Assembly (NCBI RefSeq): GCF_009914755.1
Contig: NC_060931.1
Origin: the human T2T-CHM13v2.0 reference genome, Homo sapiens
Length of the DNA stretch: 64,000 nucleotides
Strand: one strand, 5' to 3'
Shown here: positions 24,521 to 38,440 of the stretch, piece after piece
Numbering within the stretch: the stretch's first letter is position 1
Layout of the letters: each line of letters opens with the position of its first letter
Made by a program: the position numbers and the translations under genes
The notes under the pieces: generated by a model
Database searches by the model: none
The model's input: the letters and a program-made list of their open reading frames with translations, nothing else
Told to the model about the DNA's origin: nothing

Positions 24521-26221
24521 TCACCCCACCTGGGGAAGGAGAAGGTCAAAGCTCTTCTTGCTGATGGAATCTTGGGAGGTCTAATTTATTCATCTCATGA
24601 TACCTTCAATTATCATGGCATTGTCTGGGTGAATTTATGGATACCTCATTAGAGCTTGAAGAGGCAAACTTCTCAATTAAATATGCTTGTTATAGTACAG
24701 AATTAGCTCCAATCTCTAGCCAATTGAATCTCCTTCTTCTGAAGCACTCCTATCCCATAAACAGTCACAGCTATTATTATTTTCTCCAGTATCAGTGACC
24801 TGCATATGCACAAAATCACTATGTAGGTGGTTAAAGTACCAGATATCATGTGTGCTTCCCAGGACAGGTGACTCTTGTCAAGACTGCAAATCTATTTGTC
24901 TCCTTTATTCAAAAGCAGCATTTGCATACCAACACTCTTAAATCCCATACATTCTTCCATGCTTCTAGGAGAGAAAGAGTCACCTAGCTTTATTTACAAG
25001 TCAGGCTGTAAATAAACTTGGAGACATACATTCAGATGAATGCTCCTGAGGTCAGTATCATATGCCGGATGTGGGAAGGGTATTTTACATTATAAAAATG
25101 TTTTGCTAGGAGAACAAAGGGAGTGGAGGAGGATTGTTAAGCCTCTGAGAAAGCGTTACTCATCTCAGAGGGCTCTAGCTAGGATACAAAGAGAGAGAGA
25201 AAGTCAGGTGGTTAAAATAATATTCTTACTCTCAGAGAAATTCACCCTAAACCAGTTTGACTATCTGTATATTCAGGGTGAATTCTAACCACAAACCCTC
25301 TTGTACAAGAAATGTCATAAGACTGTCTTCAGAATAAATACAATCTGACTTTGAGCTTCTAAGATGCTGGGCTACCAGGACATAAAATATCAGCCTGTAT
25401 TGATACACATTCTCCTCACTCTCACGAGTGCACAGTCTGAACTTTAGTCCTCTGTAGGGACCACAGCCAGCCCACTCCTCATCAGGCTGCCAGGGAAGGA
25501 ACATAGGCCCCGGTATTTGGGGAAACCCCTGGCTTCCATTCTCTTCTATGTACTGGGACTCTCTCCAAGGCACTCACCTCTCTCTCCTCCTTCTTCATGG
25601 GATAGCTTCAGTGAGTTTAGATTTCCTTAAAGACTAGGAAGAAAAGCTGCCCTCCAGCAACTCAGATGTAGAGTACTGCTAAATTGGCCAGAGGCTGGTG
25701 AAAGTAAAAATACTATAGAAAACAAGGCCAAACACCTCTCATCTTTTCCAAATCTCTCAAGACAGAAAGAACAAATCCAAACTAATATCTAAAGAAGTTA
25801 TGGTGCCATGGTGGGCTTCCCCAAAGCCCTCCACTCGTGGTGAGCCCCGGAGTGACGGTTTCTCTACAGCTCTGAGGACCAGGCCTGGAAGGCACTGAGA
25901 TAACCCCTGTGGCTACACAGAAGACTCAGACCTGCTCCTTGAGCTCACTGTCCACCAGGCAGCAGCCATGCCCACGACTGCAATAGCTTGGAGAAATGCC
26001 ACAGTGGAGGAGGTACGGGGAGAGTGAAGAACTGCCTGGAGCAGGAAGCCTGTCAAAGAGCAGCAGAGATGGAGGAGAAAATATTTGGACTATGTTTGAT
26101 GTCAACGACCAACGCAGGTTGGCTCAGCAGGGATGGGAGTGCAAAATTGTCCAAAGCAGAACGTCTTAGATAGGTTATTCTCAAACAAGAGAAAGCCTAA
26201 TATCTTGTGGGAATAAGAGGT

Positions 26222-26680
26222 GTCACTGTTCAGGTTCCCTGGGAAGTAGACCCTGAGACACATTTTCATGCAGGAAGCTTGTTGGGGTATAGTCAATACA
26301 GGAATTACCCTGTGAGGGAACACAACTAGGAAGCACGATTGGACAGAAGGAAAAGTTAAACTGCAAGGCAGTTGCCGAAGAGGCCTCAGCAAACCACATG
26401 GCAGCTCTGGAACAGGGGAAGCCCTGCAAAGGAATGTCAAATTGAGGCAAGGAATCTAGGCTTTTGCAAACCCTAAAAGGGCAATGATAAGATGAAGCTG
26501 ATCTTGGAGAGGGGTCATAACCTTGGAAGAGGAAGTTTTCTTTGGCTGAGGGCAATTCCTAGAGAGGGACTCAGCTATGAGCCCTTGGCAGGCAACACTC
26601 CTGAGCTGGGAGAATGAGAGCCTCCCTCCTGAAGGAGGAGAGCTTGGCTTTGCACTATTGCATGTGCCAGAGCAGCCACA
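26222..26680 (-). mobile_element. ERVL LTR (LTR33/LTR16-like)
   Basis: caggttccctgggaagtagaccctgagac...gaggcctcagc...gcagctctgga...aacactcctgagctgggagaatgag...cctgaagg. Confidence 0.7.
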
Positions 26681-26819
26681 GTCCAGCATTGCTCTGTCAT
26701 GTCTGGCAGGGCAAGGGAGGATGATGCTTTCGTTAGGGTGGGCTAGGCTATACTCCTGTAACCATACTTTCCAGACACCATAAAGATTTCCTTTTGTGCC
26801 TATCACTCTGTCTGGAGGG
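26596..26819 (+). repeat. Direct repeat, copy A (probable source)
   Basis: 26650-26809 is identical to 28153-28312 (160/160). Confidence 0.97.
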
Positions 26820-27085
26820 TTGAGTAGCTACTTGTGGTAATTCAGGAGTTCAGGGTCCTTCAGTTTTCCAAAGTTGTAGTAAAAGGCAGAGACGGAGAAG
26901 ACAGGATCACGCTAAGGGCTTTAGAGTGCCATTTGCACGTTGTGTACCTGGCTTCCTCCTACTTTCCACTGATGAGATCCATTCACATGGATACAACTTA
27001 ATTGTGGGACCGATGGGAAATACAGTCTTCCACATGCCCAGATAGAGGAAGTGGGGTTAGTGAGCCTCTAGCTAGTCTTTGGTTC
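26725..27085 (-). mobile_element. MLT1J/K-like MaLR LTR
   Basis: gttagggtgggctagg...ctgtaac start; tcacatgg...tgggaaatacagtct...tgccca...gctagtct end. Confidence 0.55.
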
Positions 27086-28105
27086 AGGGATGTTTGCCCA
27101 GAGTCTCTGTAGAACAGGATCATTGGGTAGCATACACTGGCTAGCATCTAGTACCAAACAGAACAACTCAGGATTTTTCATGTGTTTATAAAAATTGATA
27201 TTTAAAAATCTTTCAGATTTGTGTTTTCTCTAGCAACACTGACTTGCTCTAAAGTTATAAACATCTTCTTAAAAATGAAAAGCTCTCAATCATACAGTGT
27301 AAATTATATATGGAAAGTAGCAAAGGAATATTTTTAAAGCTGTCACCAATGCTCCACTCCTGACTTATAGTTGTGTGTTTTTTTGACGTCTGTCAAACCA
27401 GTAGGACAGATCCTGGGTAGGGGCATGAGGAATGGGGGAAGTTTGTCCACAGACTCATCAGTCTTCACAAGGTGGTTGAACATTATTCCAAGGGCAATGG
27501 GAACTGCCTGAAGATTTAAGTAAGATGGTAACCCACTACATCTTATCTGGAATATGATCCTGCATACAAGTAGGCAACCTGGTTATTATCTGGACAGTCA
27601 TTCAAACACAGTGTGTGCCAGAAATTTATTTGTGGCTTAAATCAAGATATCAGGCACATTCCTATTTATAAAAGTTTGACTTAATCCCCCCAAAAATTTT
27701 TTTTCATAACCCTCGTACTTGAGCTACTTCCAGAATTAAATTTGATCAAGTGAAACCACCTCCTTTCAAGAGAGAACTTCCAAAGTATCTGCTAGTCACC
27801 CAGTCCTCCTAACTCCCTTCCCCCTTCATCAATGGGTAGAGTTGAAAGTTTGGCCCACTTCCAGGACAGCCTTTAGGAATCTCTTATCCTACTGTAAACT
27901 GAAGACTACAAAGCTCTTCCAACAGTGACTTGATGGCAGAAGAGAGGCCAGGTGACCCTGTGCCCTGCTTGATGGGAGGCAGCAATGATTTCTGAATCGT
28001 AGTTCACACTAAGTCCTCGATGATCTGCTTTCTCCTGTGGGTCAGACTTAACTGAAAATAAATATGTCGCAGGAAGCCTTTCCATAACTTTTCCCTCCTT
28101 TCTCC

Positions 28106-28322
28106 CACTCCTGAGAAAGAGAGCCTCCCTCCTGCAGGAGGAGAGCCGGGCATTGCACTATTGCATGTGCCAGAGCAGCCACAGTCCAGCATTGCTCTGT
28201 CATGTCTGGCAGGGCAAGGGAGGATGATGCTTTCGTTAGGGTGGGCTAGGCTATACTCCTGTAACCATACTTTCCAGACACCATAAAGATTTCCTTTTGT
28301 GCCTATCACTCTCTCTGGAGGG
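28106..28322 (+). repeat. Direct repeat, copy B
   Basis: Offset 1503 from copy A; minus ORFs 26456-26806 and 28004-28528 share the peptide IGTKGNLYGVWKVWLQEYSLAHPNESIILPCPARHDRAMLDCGCSGTCNSA. Confidence 0.97.
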
Positions 28323-28659
28323 GAAAGCATTTCGTTGATGTTCTTTATTTTTCTGCAGGCAACAAATGCCTGAGAGCAGGGGCTCCAACTTAGACATATT
28401 ATGTGGGCCACACTATTCGGCAGAGCTCCTTGTCCTCTGCAGAGGATCAGTAACAATTTGTTACAAGTACAGGTGAGGGACACAGGCTTGCCCCAAAAGT
28501 ATTTGTGGGACCTCATGGAGTAGATCACTTGATATGTTTTGCCCTCAGCACTCTTATCTGAAAGTAAAAGAGGTTGGATGTTCTTTAGGCCCCTTCGAGC
28601 GCTCGCTCTCGTGAATCCAACAATTTAGTTTTTTAAGGTGATCGTGGTGCACTGCTGTC

Positions 28660-28830
28660 TCTGGAGTTAGGAAGATCCTGACTCTGCTACTCACAAGCTG
28701 CATGACCTGGACAAGTTGTTTAATCCCCCTGAGAAAAACAATTTCAATTTTGCACTTCATGTTGAGGAATGAAAGATATACAGAGAAACATCTCAGCACA
28801 GGCATGCAACAAACACAGGTTTAATATATA
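28660..28830 (+). mobile_element. MIR
   Basis: atcctgactctgctactcacaagctgcatgacctggacaagttgtttaa. Confidence 0.7.
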
Positions 28831-28988
28831 AGACTAGTAGTAATAATAGAATAATACTAGAAGTCTGCAAGACAGAAAGTTCTAATGCAAAAAAAAAAAT
28901 GGTGTTGGTAGGAATACCTTCTTGTTTTAGGTACCACCTAGGTCCAGGCTCTGGTGTAGACACTGGGGTTAAAAGATACATAAGTTTT

Positions 28989-29279
<291 letters not shown>

Positions 29280-30439
29280 GATACATAAGTTTTTTGACAA
29301 AGCTGACAAACCTATGGGTTGAATCAATTATGATGAAAATGCAGCATTGCTTTTTATTTGGGATGCTTCCTTCTGAAAGCCAATAACATAAGGCAAAAGA
29401 GAAATGAATCCTGAAATGTAGCTGAAATGTAGGGACTGTTTTATAGAGAAATAAGCCAGAAAAAAAATGCACTTTTAGATATCTGAAGAAGATTTTGTAA
29501 GGCCTACCCTGGCCTACACCTACACCATCCATGAAGCTGCACATGCTGATGTGTGTCTACATGCATGTGTTTGGGTGTCTGCATGTGTTTGCATACACAC
29601 ATACACTTGCCCCTTTCCAGCAAACATTCTCAGGCTTTGCAGACAGGCTCACTAACTCAGACGGCAACAGCATCAGCATCTGTCATCTTTTCACACCAAG
29701 AGCAGTGGAATCCGTTGATGCAATGAGAAAACACAACTCTCAATCAGCTCTGGGTAAAGGATAGATGCCAAATAACTATATTTTTAAAATTGGGAACACT
29801 GTGTGCATCTTCCAAGTGATGCTGGTAAAAGGTTGACTCACTCATAAATACAAGGTTGCAGCTGGTACTAAGGGATGGATTTTCCCAGCAAGGGGCCCCT
29901 AAATGGCAGCTGCCTGCCAGAAAAAGGCATGTGAGGCACTGAGCTAATTTGGCTGTGTACCCTCTTTTGCCCTTTCATTTGGTCAAGCCCTGGAATGTTA
30001 ACGCAAGCTGAGAGACAGTAAGCCACACATGGCTTTCACATACAGAAGGGCCAGGCATTGGAACCTACATTTTTGGACTGAATTGATGAGGATTATATAT
30101 GAGGTCTTGGGAGATCGCCATCCTCGCCACCCTCCATCTCTGTAGAGTGTGAGAATCTGTGGATCTCATGCTTTGGGGCCTTCGAATGGCTAGATAACAT
30201 TTTGAGGCATCAATTTATTTCATTTGTTTGGCTTCACTGCCTCTGATTTTCCTTGTTCTGTCTTCCCCATGCAGGCAGGTTGTTTGTTCTGGGCTTCATC
30301 GGCACAGATAAAGTAAGTGACAGAGCAGAAATCAGAAGTCACAGGCAAGAATAGCTGGCATTTTCCTTATAAGCCTTCACAGAGGGTTTGAGGGTTTTTG
30401 AAAGAAGTAAAAGTATGAAGGGTGGCTGAGGCAGAGTGA

Positions 30440-30930
30440 ACTGAAGAGGCAGAAAACAGAATGGGACTCACCTGTGTCCTCCCACTCAGTCCACAAAAAC
30501 CAGGGCTGCAGCAGGAGAGAGGCAGGGAATACAGGCCTGCTGGAGCATGGAGATCAGCCTAGCTTTCTAGCAGTATCCTGGTGAGGAGCCATGATTTCAG
30601 AGAAGAATGCCATATGCCAGATGGATTGTCTCCACAGGTAGGACCACAGGTGTCCTAGGCTGGTTACCCAAGGCCCCAGACAAACAAGGACAATGTATCT
30701 TCCCAGGTATGCCCAGGACCGCATACCAGATGTCTCTACCTGCCACCTGACCAATCCACCTGACTCCAGGAACCATGGCTTAACCCCGTGGATTACTGAG
30801 GTCAAGTTTCACAAGATGCCTAGGATGAGGGAAATGCTAGAATAAAAATTGGGCCGAACTCTATAAAATAAAGAGATGTAATTTTTTTTTTGCACACCTG
30901 ATTTTGTGAGCTGGCATTCCTACCTCCTAC
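30440..30930 (+). mobile_element. Ancient LTR (LTR78/79-like)
   Basis: aataaa...tttgcacacctgattttgtg...ttcctacc 3' end motif. Confidence 0.35.
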
Positions 30931-31439
30931 CTACGGATAATGAATAATTTCTAGATTAGCTGTTGGTCTTTGTTGTCTGTTTTGAGGCTGCTCTAGGAAA
31001 CCTTGGGGCTACCTCTGCACAGCTGAAGAGGAAGCCCCCACAGGAGCTGGAGGAGTTGTACCAGGACTGAGAACTCTGCTGCAAGATGCTCCATTTTTTC
31101 TCTTCCAAGCAGTGCTTGCTGTTGTCAGTCAATTAGGACTGTGCATCCTAAGGATGCAATGAATCTCCAATTGCATCATCTCATCCAGTCTTTGTGGCTT
31201 TCTCCTTTGACTTAGTATCTTTGGTCCCTGTGATATCAGGGCAGTGCAAGAGTGCCAGGTGGGGGGAACTGAGAGCCTAGAATTTTTGTGTGTAGGATAC
31301 AGAGCTTAGGGATCCAACTCTCTATCTGCCCTCTCCTCTCTCTCCTTCCCTCCTTTCCTCTATCCCTTTTTCTCCCCTCCCTTCCTGTATTCTTTACTCT
31401 ATCCCACTATCTCTCCCTTTCTTCCTGCTTTTCAAATTA

Positions 31440-31820
31440 CCTTTTTTTCACATTCATTGAGGCTCGCAATAGATCATACTCTATGTTCAATGCTGACAAT
31501 ATAATGAGGAGCACGGTGGGCATAATTTGTACTCTCTTAGTCTATATTTTAATGGGGGGAATCTAGAAAAGTGAACAAGAAATTACAGTCCTAGATCACG
31601 AATGTTCACATATAGCATCCAGTGCTAAGAATCCCATAGGATGGGCAGCAAAATTTTGTCATAGCTGGTGGGAATCAGAAAAGGCCTCTTAGAGGAAATA
31701 TTTACTAAAGAAATGATAGCCAGGTATAAGGAGTTGGAGGGAGAAAAGGAGTGTTAGGAGAGAGGGAAAATGTTAGAGCTAGGGATAGAAGAAAGACGTT
31801 CGGTGTTAGAGGAACTGTAT
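31440..31820 (-). mobile_element. L2 fragment
   Basis: Degenerate antisense L2 3' region (tcagaaaaggcctcttagaggaa). Confidence 0.55.
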
Positions 31821-32640
31821 TGTTTTAAACAATCGATTTAACAAACCTATAGTGTTTACTATACCCAACTATATGGAGTAGATACTATTATTATCTGCAT
31901 TTTAAAGAGAGGGGAAAGGAGGCATAAGATTAAGAACCTTGCCAAGAAGTTCAGAGTGGCTTTCCCTGTGTTAGGGTAATGGTCTGCACCACAGCCTCAC
32001 AGGCACTGTTGGATCAGGAGCCAAAATCCTGAATGGAAAGCAGGCAAATAGAAACTACCACGATGGCACCTCTGTGGAGAATTAGCATGCTGTGGTCTGG
32101 ATCACTGGGTACTTCTCGGTCCTCAGAGTCAATTCCCTTCAAAAGTCTTCTGTGCTCCAAGCATTTCTCATTTCCCTGAAACTTCATTTACATCAATCAT
32201 TTGCTGAGCAAGGCTTTTGCACAGAGAGAATTTAAAGGGAAGTGGCTCTCAAGTTTCCACCTACATTATCATACATTTTGAGTAAAAAAATTCCTAAGAA
32301 CAGCCCTTAGTAAGTTACAGATACATCAGGATCCTCCCATGAATTAATGAAATGAAGCATGTAGCTGGGAGAATGATAACCAACTCAAAAGTAATTTATG
32401 TTTTTAATTGGGTAGTGATTGAAATCTACCCAGCAGTTACAAATTTATTCACGTTGCTTTGGTCTCATAGCTTCACTTCCTGCCCCTCTGCCTGGAGCCA
32501 GGTCCTACTGTATACTCCCTACTCCTCTCAGCTCTTTGTGGGCAGGAATTGGGTTTTTAATGGCCATCAAGGGCCATCTTGAAGTCTTAGAAGGCAGATG
32601 AGTATTATAGGCCACAGGTGCACTTTGATGTGATGATAAG

Positions 32641-32900
32641 CATTCATTTATTCCTTCATTGATTCATTCATTCACCCAGCGTAATCAAGTGCTAACTCTA
32701 TGCCAGTTCTGAAAATGCTTGCTCTGCCATTAGCAGACTAACAATTGAGCTCTAACATAAATGTATGTGTGACGTGCCATCTGTAAGTGTTGGTAAGGCT
32801 TTTTCAGAGAAGGAGAATGTTGGGTTGGCCCTTGAAAAAGAAGAAAGGGTAGCATAACATTCCAGACAAAAGGAACATGCAAAGTCATGGAGGAATAGGC
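32641..32900 (-). mobile_element. L2 3' end
   Basis: (cattcatt)n tail, then tatgccag...gaacatgcaaagtcatggagg. Confidence 0.65.
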
Positions 32901-33049
32901 CCATGCATCCATAAATCCAGTTCCAGCCAGGACAGAAATCCTACTAGAGTTCCCAACCCACAAGCCCATGAAGTCTGGCATGAGAGCCATCATGCAGGAG
33001 CAAGCTCTGGGCATGCTTGAACCCGCTATTATATATCATCTTTTCATCA

Positions 33050-33300
33050 TGTAAAACTTGACTCAGCCATCACTCACCAAAGTTAGGAAGCCTTCTCTGA
33101 CCCTTCTGGGTTGTTTTAGACATACCTCTAGGAATTTCCACAGAACCCTGGGAGCATACTTCTATTACAGTGCATTGTCTTAGATAATCTATAAGCAACT
33201 GTCTCCTTTGTGAGACTGTGAGCCCCTATGTAACAATTTCCAGTACACAGTTAATCAATGAGATAATGCTTATTAAATGAATGAATGAATGAGTGAATAG
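33050..33300 (+). mobile_element. L2 3' end
   Basis: aggaagccttctctgacc...agactgtgagccc...(tgaa)n tail. Confidence 0.7.
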
Positions 33301-35470
33301 ATAATTTTTGTTGACTACCATCACTTGACCCTCACTGTTAAAATGCTAGAAAAATCTGCCCACTGGGCATACTACTATCCTGTGGCAATTTTGTAAAGAT
33401 TTGGCCCTCGACACCTGTGATTAGAAATTACAAAGGAAGCTGAAGGTACGAACAAGATTCCTGGTAGAACACTCACCCCAGCCTTTTGGCTTTTGCATTC
33501 ACAATTCTAGGCTTGAATTTAGAATGAAGTGAGTGGAATGAGTCCTGTTACATGCTGACTGCATTCAATTGTAGTTCAATTATAATTTATGAATCGCTTT
33601 GGTCGTCATGGGCCATTATCGTAACCAGATGGCATGGCCTTATTATGGCACCCGAAGACATTCATCTTGCAAAAATGGACAGTCAGACACTAAGTCCCTG
33701 TGGAGAAAGCCATTCCCAACCTGTGTAGGCTAGTGGTGATCTCTGATTATTCTCAGATTATGTCTCTGGATTTACATTATAATTTGCATTCCTTGTTTAG
33801 GAGGATAATGACAACAAGTCCTGTTATAGGATTTGCATATATCTTTTTAACTTTCCCAGTTTGTTTCAACATCCTTCTCACTTTTAGCTAAGACTGGGAA
33901 AATTTCTTTCTCTTTTGCTTTTACTTGATCAAATTTTTTTTTCCTGTTTCTTTCTCAAAAATCTGTTTAGAGTTAGGTATCAGTTACCTTGTGCCCTAAA
34001 TTTTATTGTCATTTTAAAATGCAATGTTTTGTGGGATTTTTTCTTGTTTAAAAAAATCTGCAAGAACAAAAATGAAATTTATGAACTATCTAATAACATA
34101 AATCAATGTTATACTTATTTAAAATACGGTACAATTTTTGTATTCACAGAAGGAAAACATCATTTAATTAAGAAATAAGGGTCTCTGAGAGTTGTTTTCT
34201 CTCTGTAAATATTAACAGACAATTTGAAATTTACATTCTGCCAGTTGATATTTCTAACTAAGTAGCTTTGCTATTTGAAAGACATGTCTTGTTCTGTTAT
34301 CAGTTAAGATGTTGCATTCTGAGGGTCTTTTTGCATTAGGCACTTTCCAATCACATTGAACATATTCCAGGAGGACTTGTTTGGTTCTAACGGACAGAGG
34401 CTAAGCTTAGAATCCCTCAGGTGACGGAACTTGTATTTACCTTGGCAGGGAGCTCAGCACCATTGCACCTTATGAGAACAGGGACTGGAACTCACTCAAT
34501 TTCACAGCCTCCTCTCATGGCACCTGCTTCTCACTGCACATCTGCTAAATGCTCCTCTCTCTACCAACTGGCATCGTCTTCTCCTGCTCTTTTTCCTTCA
34601 TCTTATATGCATACATTTTAAATTTCCATGTTTTTGCCTCAACATCATGAGTTTGCTTTACCATCTACTCCTACTTCTAACCCAGGGTTCTAATTACCTA
34701 TACCCAAAATCCAAAGAATAAAACCTGAGTATCACAGCCCATCTTTCTGAGCCAGATCTCACAAGTCATTTGTCACAGGCCAGCCTCTATGTGCCTCTTT
34801 GGGTATAATACTCAGCCTTGCTCTAATCAACTCTGACAAAAGGGGGGATCATATAATATAAACATGACCTATTCAGGCAGAGGGGCTGCAGATGGCAAAG
34901 TGCCTTACAACAGGGAGTGGCTGAAATTTATCCTTAGCATCTGTTTAGGCTTGAAAACAATGTTTGTTTGGGCCTATATAGTTTTGTTTTGTTTTGTTTT
35001 TTTTAACATGGGAAATGAGAACATATGTCATCAGTCACTACTTTTGATGAGCTTCAAAGACTTAAGATTTTCCTACAAGTAATCTCAAGAAACTCACCCA
35101 GAAAAACAAACTAGGACTCAGCGCTGACCTCCCAGCAATCCCAATAACTTGCTTGAAAGTGAAGGAAGTGGATTTCAAACAAGTGTAAGCCAAGAGAGGA
35201 TTTGATGCCCACATAAACCAGGAAGAATGATATTACAGCTGGCCTCAGGAATAACAGAATTAGGACTGGGGTTCTCTCTGCCTGTCAAGACTCCTGGCCT
35301 CCATCTCTGGCCTCTGCATCACTGTGTGTTGGTCTCATTGGTCTCAAACCGGCTTATCCTGCATAGAGCACTTTCTCCAGGCCATGTCCTTATAGATTCA
35401 CAATCAGAGAAGACAGAGGCTTTCAAAAATCCTGGGGAATAACTCTGATTCACTTACCTTGGTCACATAC

Positions 35471-35885
35471 CGTATCAGAGTGCTCCAGAAAAATAGAACC
35501 AGAAGGACGTGTGTGTGTGTGCGTGCACATGCATTTGTGTGTGTAAAGAGATTTATTTTGAGGAATTGGCTTATATGATTATGGGGACTGGCAAGTCTGA
35601 AATTTGTAGGGCAGGCCAGCAGACTGGAAACTCAGGCAGAAGTTAATGCTGCAGTTTTGAGATAGGATTTCTTCTCTGGAAAATGTCAATTTTGCTTTTA
35701 AGGTCTTCAACTGGTTGATGAAGCCCACCCACATGATTGAGCATAATCTCCTCACTTAATGTCAACTGATTTTAAATGTTGATCACATCTATAACATATC
35801 TTCACAGCAACATCTAGATGATTGGCTGATTAAATAACTGGGTACTATTGCCTGGCCAAGTTGCTACATAAAACTAATCATCACA
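35471..35885 (-). mobile_element. MLT2 (ERVL) LTR
   Basis: ctccagaaaaatagaacca...(gt)n...gagatttattttgaggaattggct...ggcaagtctgaaat...aaaactaatcatcaca. Confidence 0.88.
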
Positions 35886-37549
35886 GAAGCCCACCCTGTG
35901 CTCCAGTTAATGGGGCAATGGGAAATTGGGTACTATGATTGGAACAGGTGGGATTATCTGTCCACGCATATGGTCATATGTGGGGACTCTATTAACAGAA
36001 ATGAAATTAGTATATATAGGAACACCTGTAAACCCATAAACCACCTCATTGGTCTATACATGGATACATGATATGGGGACTCATTCCTTGTCTGTTTCTG
36101 GACTCAGTCTCCACAGTGCCACATGGATGGGCACAGGGAAGTGGAAATTGAGGCTGGCCTGATTTAGCCAATTTGTAATGGTAACACAATTTCAATTTGT
36201 GTTTTACTTTTTTTTTCATCCTGCCTTCTGACAATACTTTCATTCTTACAATCCCCAACACTTAATGAAATGTGCAGGAGAAACAACACAAATGAATTTA
36301 TAATATGAGGTATTTATTATTAATAGATAATGCATATGAAAATAATCAATTAAATTCTGACACAATTTCCAAAGAGTTTTTGTGATTCATGCCATCTTCC
36401 TCTTCATTTCAAAGTTATTATTAATTCATTCCAAAAATATATTTTGAATGTTGCAGTAACAGAGATGATTGTAGGTCTGGAACTACAGTGGTAGTGAACA
36501 AAGCAGATGAGATCCTGCGCTTTTGTTGAGCCAGGATCTCATTTAGTACATTTGCATTTAGTAAGTTAGGGGAGGGAGGTAAAAACAAAAACAAAAAAAC
36601 ACGCAAACACTCAAATGCCTAAGATAGTTATGGTGGTGGTGTCTCCTGAAGACAATAAAACAAACTCTGTGATGGAGCACAGTTAGTGGGAGCTGAGCTA
36701 CCTTTAGTCAGGTAGCCCGAGCAAACTGCCTCCCTGGGACCACGTTTGAGCCGTGATAGGAAAGGCAAGAAAGAGCTTCCCACGTAAAGACATGGCAACT
36801 CCATCGACAACCCCATAAGTCCATTTCCATATGTGAATATATACATACGGAAGCTTCTGAGTACTCAGAGTTTCTGCTTCCTCATATCTTTTTCTTACAT
36901 ATTGTCTGGATGCTCTCAGTGTTCTTATGTATGCTTAGATTCAGCTCCTACTACTGCTGGCTCTCCCTGGGTTGTGTTTTTGAAGTTCATCCTCCTAAGG
37001 GAGATAACCTGATTGGCCCCACTCACCCCTTCTCACAGTTGCTGCCATCCAGTAGAGTGGTTGCCCTCGTCACAGGCACCACCTTTAGTCCAGTCAACTA
37101 TGGCAGAGGTGGAGGGACTTTCACATTCAGAGAGGCTATGCATTCAGCAGGGGCTATGGGTGAATTCTTTTAGTTAAAAAGTGGTCTTGAGTGCAGACAC
37201 CATGACTGAAATATCTGGAACTATGCATCCACTATGTGCCAAATACCAGATTAGAGATAAATAAGATATGAAGTTCGCAATGACTGGGGAACTCCACAAA
37301 GCAACACTATCAACATGAAACCTTCCTGACCTCCCACGTTGTCCTAGCGGCCTCCTTATGTATTTCTATCCTGGCAACTTTTCCCCTTTATTGCTCATTT
37401 TTCTGCATATCTACTTCATTCTACTCGAAACCGAAACCCATAGAGTTTAAGCGAATTGCCCAAGGTCAGTGTCCTAAGTCCTGGACTCCCCATTCTGTGT
37501 GTATGGCATCCCATCACACCAATCACTCAGTATCTGCAGTGCCCTAAGA

Positions 37550-37785
37550 CAGTGATTATCAATGGGAGATGGAGGGTTGCAGGAGGCGGGGTGGGAGTGT
37601 AATTTTGCCCCACAGGAGATGTTTGGCAATTCCAAAATATTTTTGTTTGTCATGATTTGTGTGGTGGTGATTCTATCAACAATCAATAGGCCCACATCAG
37701 GGATACTGTCAGACATCCGAAGATAGCTCCTCACAACCGAGAATTACCCCGCTGAGAATATCGCTTGTACTGAATATCAACCCTG
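37550..37785 (+). mobile_element. MER20 (hAT-Charlie)
   Basis: cagtg...attttgccccacaggagatgtttggcaat...aaccctg; imperfect 8-bp TSD ccctaaga / ccctagag. Confidence 0.75.
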
Positions 37786-38440
37786 CCCTAGAGAATCCTA
37801 AGCAATTGATAACCAAGATGTCTTATGATGACATTGTGACCTCTCTCTTCCTTCCGCACTCCCCAGATCATTAATGGCCTCTTAGAAATGGCAAAGTTTG
37901 CTTGCTAGGCAGAGAAGAATCCTGATTTTGAAACTGATTCAGCAAAAGAAGCTGTCACTTGACAGTGGAATCACAATATATCACTCCATGGTCATTCATC
38001 ATCTTCCTCATCTTTTATTATTATATACTGCATGAGTCAATAGCACCTCCATTAATATTTTGCATAGCTATGTTATACATTTAATAAAATGCATGCCCTT
38101 TAAAAGTCATAATGTCCCCAAGGACTTGTATATGATACCACATAATTTTTCTTGAAACTGGGATCTGCCTTGGAGAATGACTTCAATTTGTTTTCCAGAA
38201 GTATTGACATAAATCACTATTTCAGCAAGTCTGATCACCAGACCGTTGCTGGCCTGCGATAAATGTTTTCCAACCTGCAAAACTTTTGCCACAGGAAGTT
38301 ATTTTATTTTTAAAAGCTATAAACTGAAATGATGACCCTTGACAGGCAATGAGACCTATAACCTTATATGAAGTTCTGATTTTTGCTATATTTTACCCAT
38401 TAAATAAATAATTGAATAAAGAAAATATGTTAACTAGTAC

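Noticed and set aside
28004-28528. 174-aa ORF sharing 51 aa with ORF 26456-26806, which looks like a paralogous gene pair
   Set aside because: The shared peptide is simply the translation of the DNA duplication, which is largely LTR-derived
32641-33300. Oppositely oriented L2 ends as a miRNA-like hairpin
   Set aside because: The tails point outward ~600 bp apart and complementarity is mostly the (TGAA)n tail
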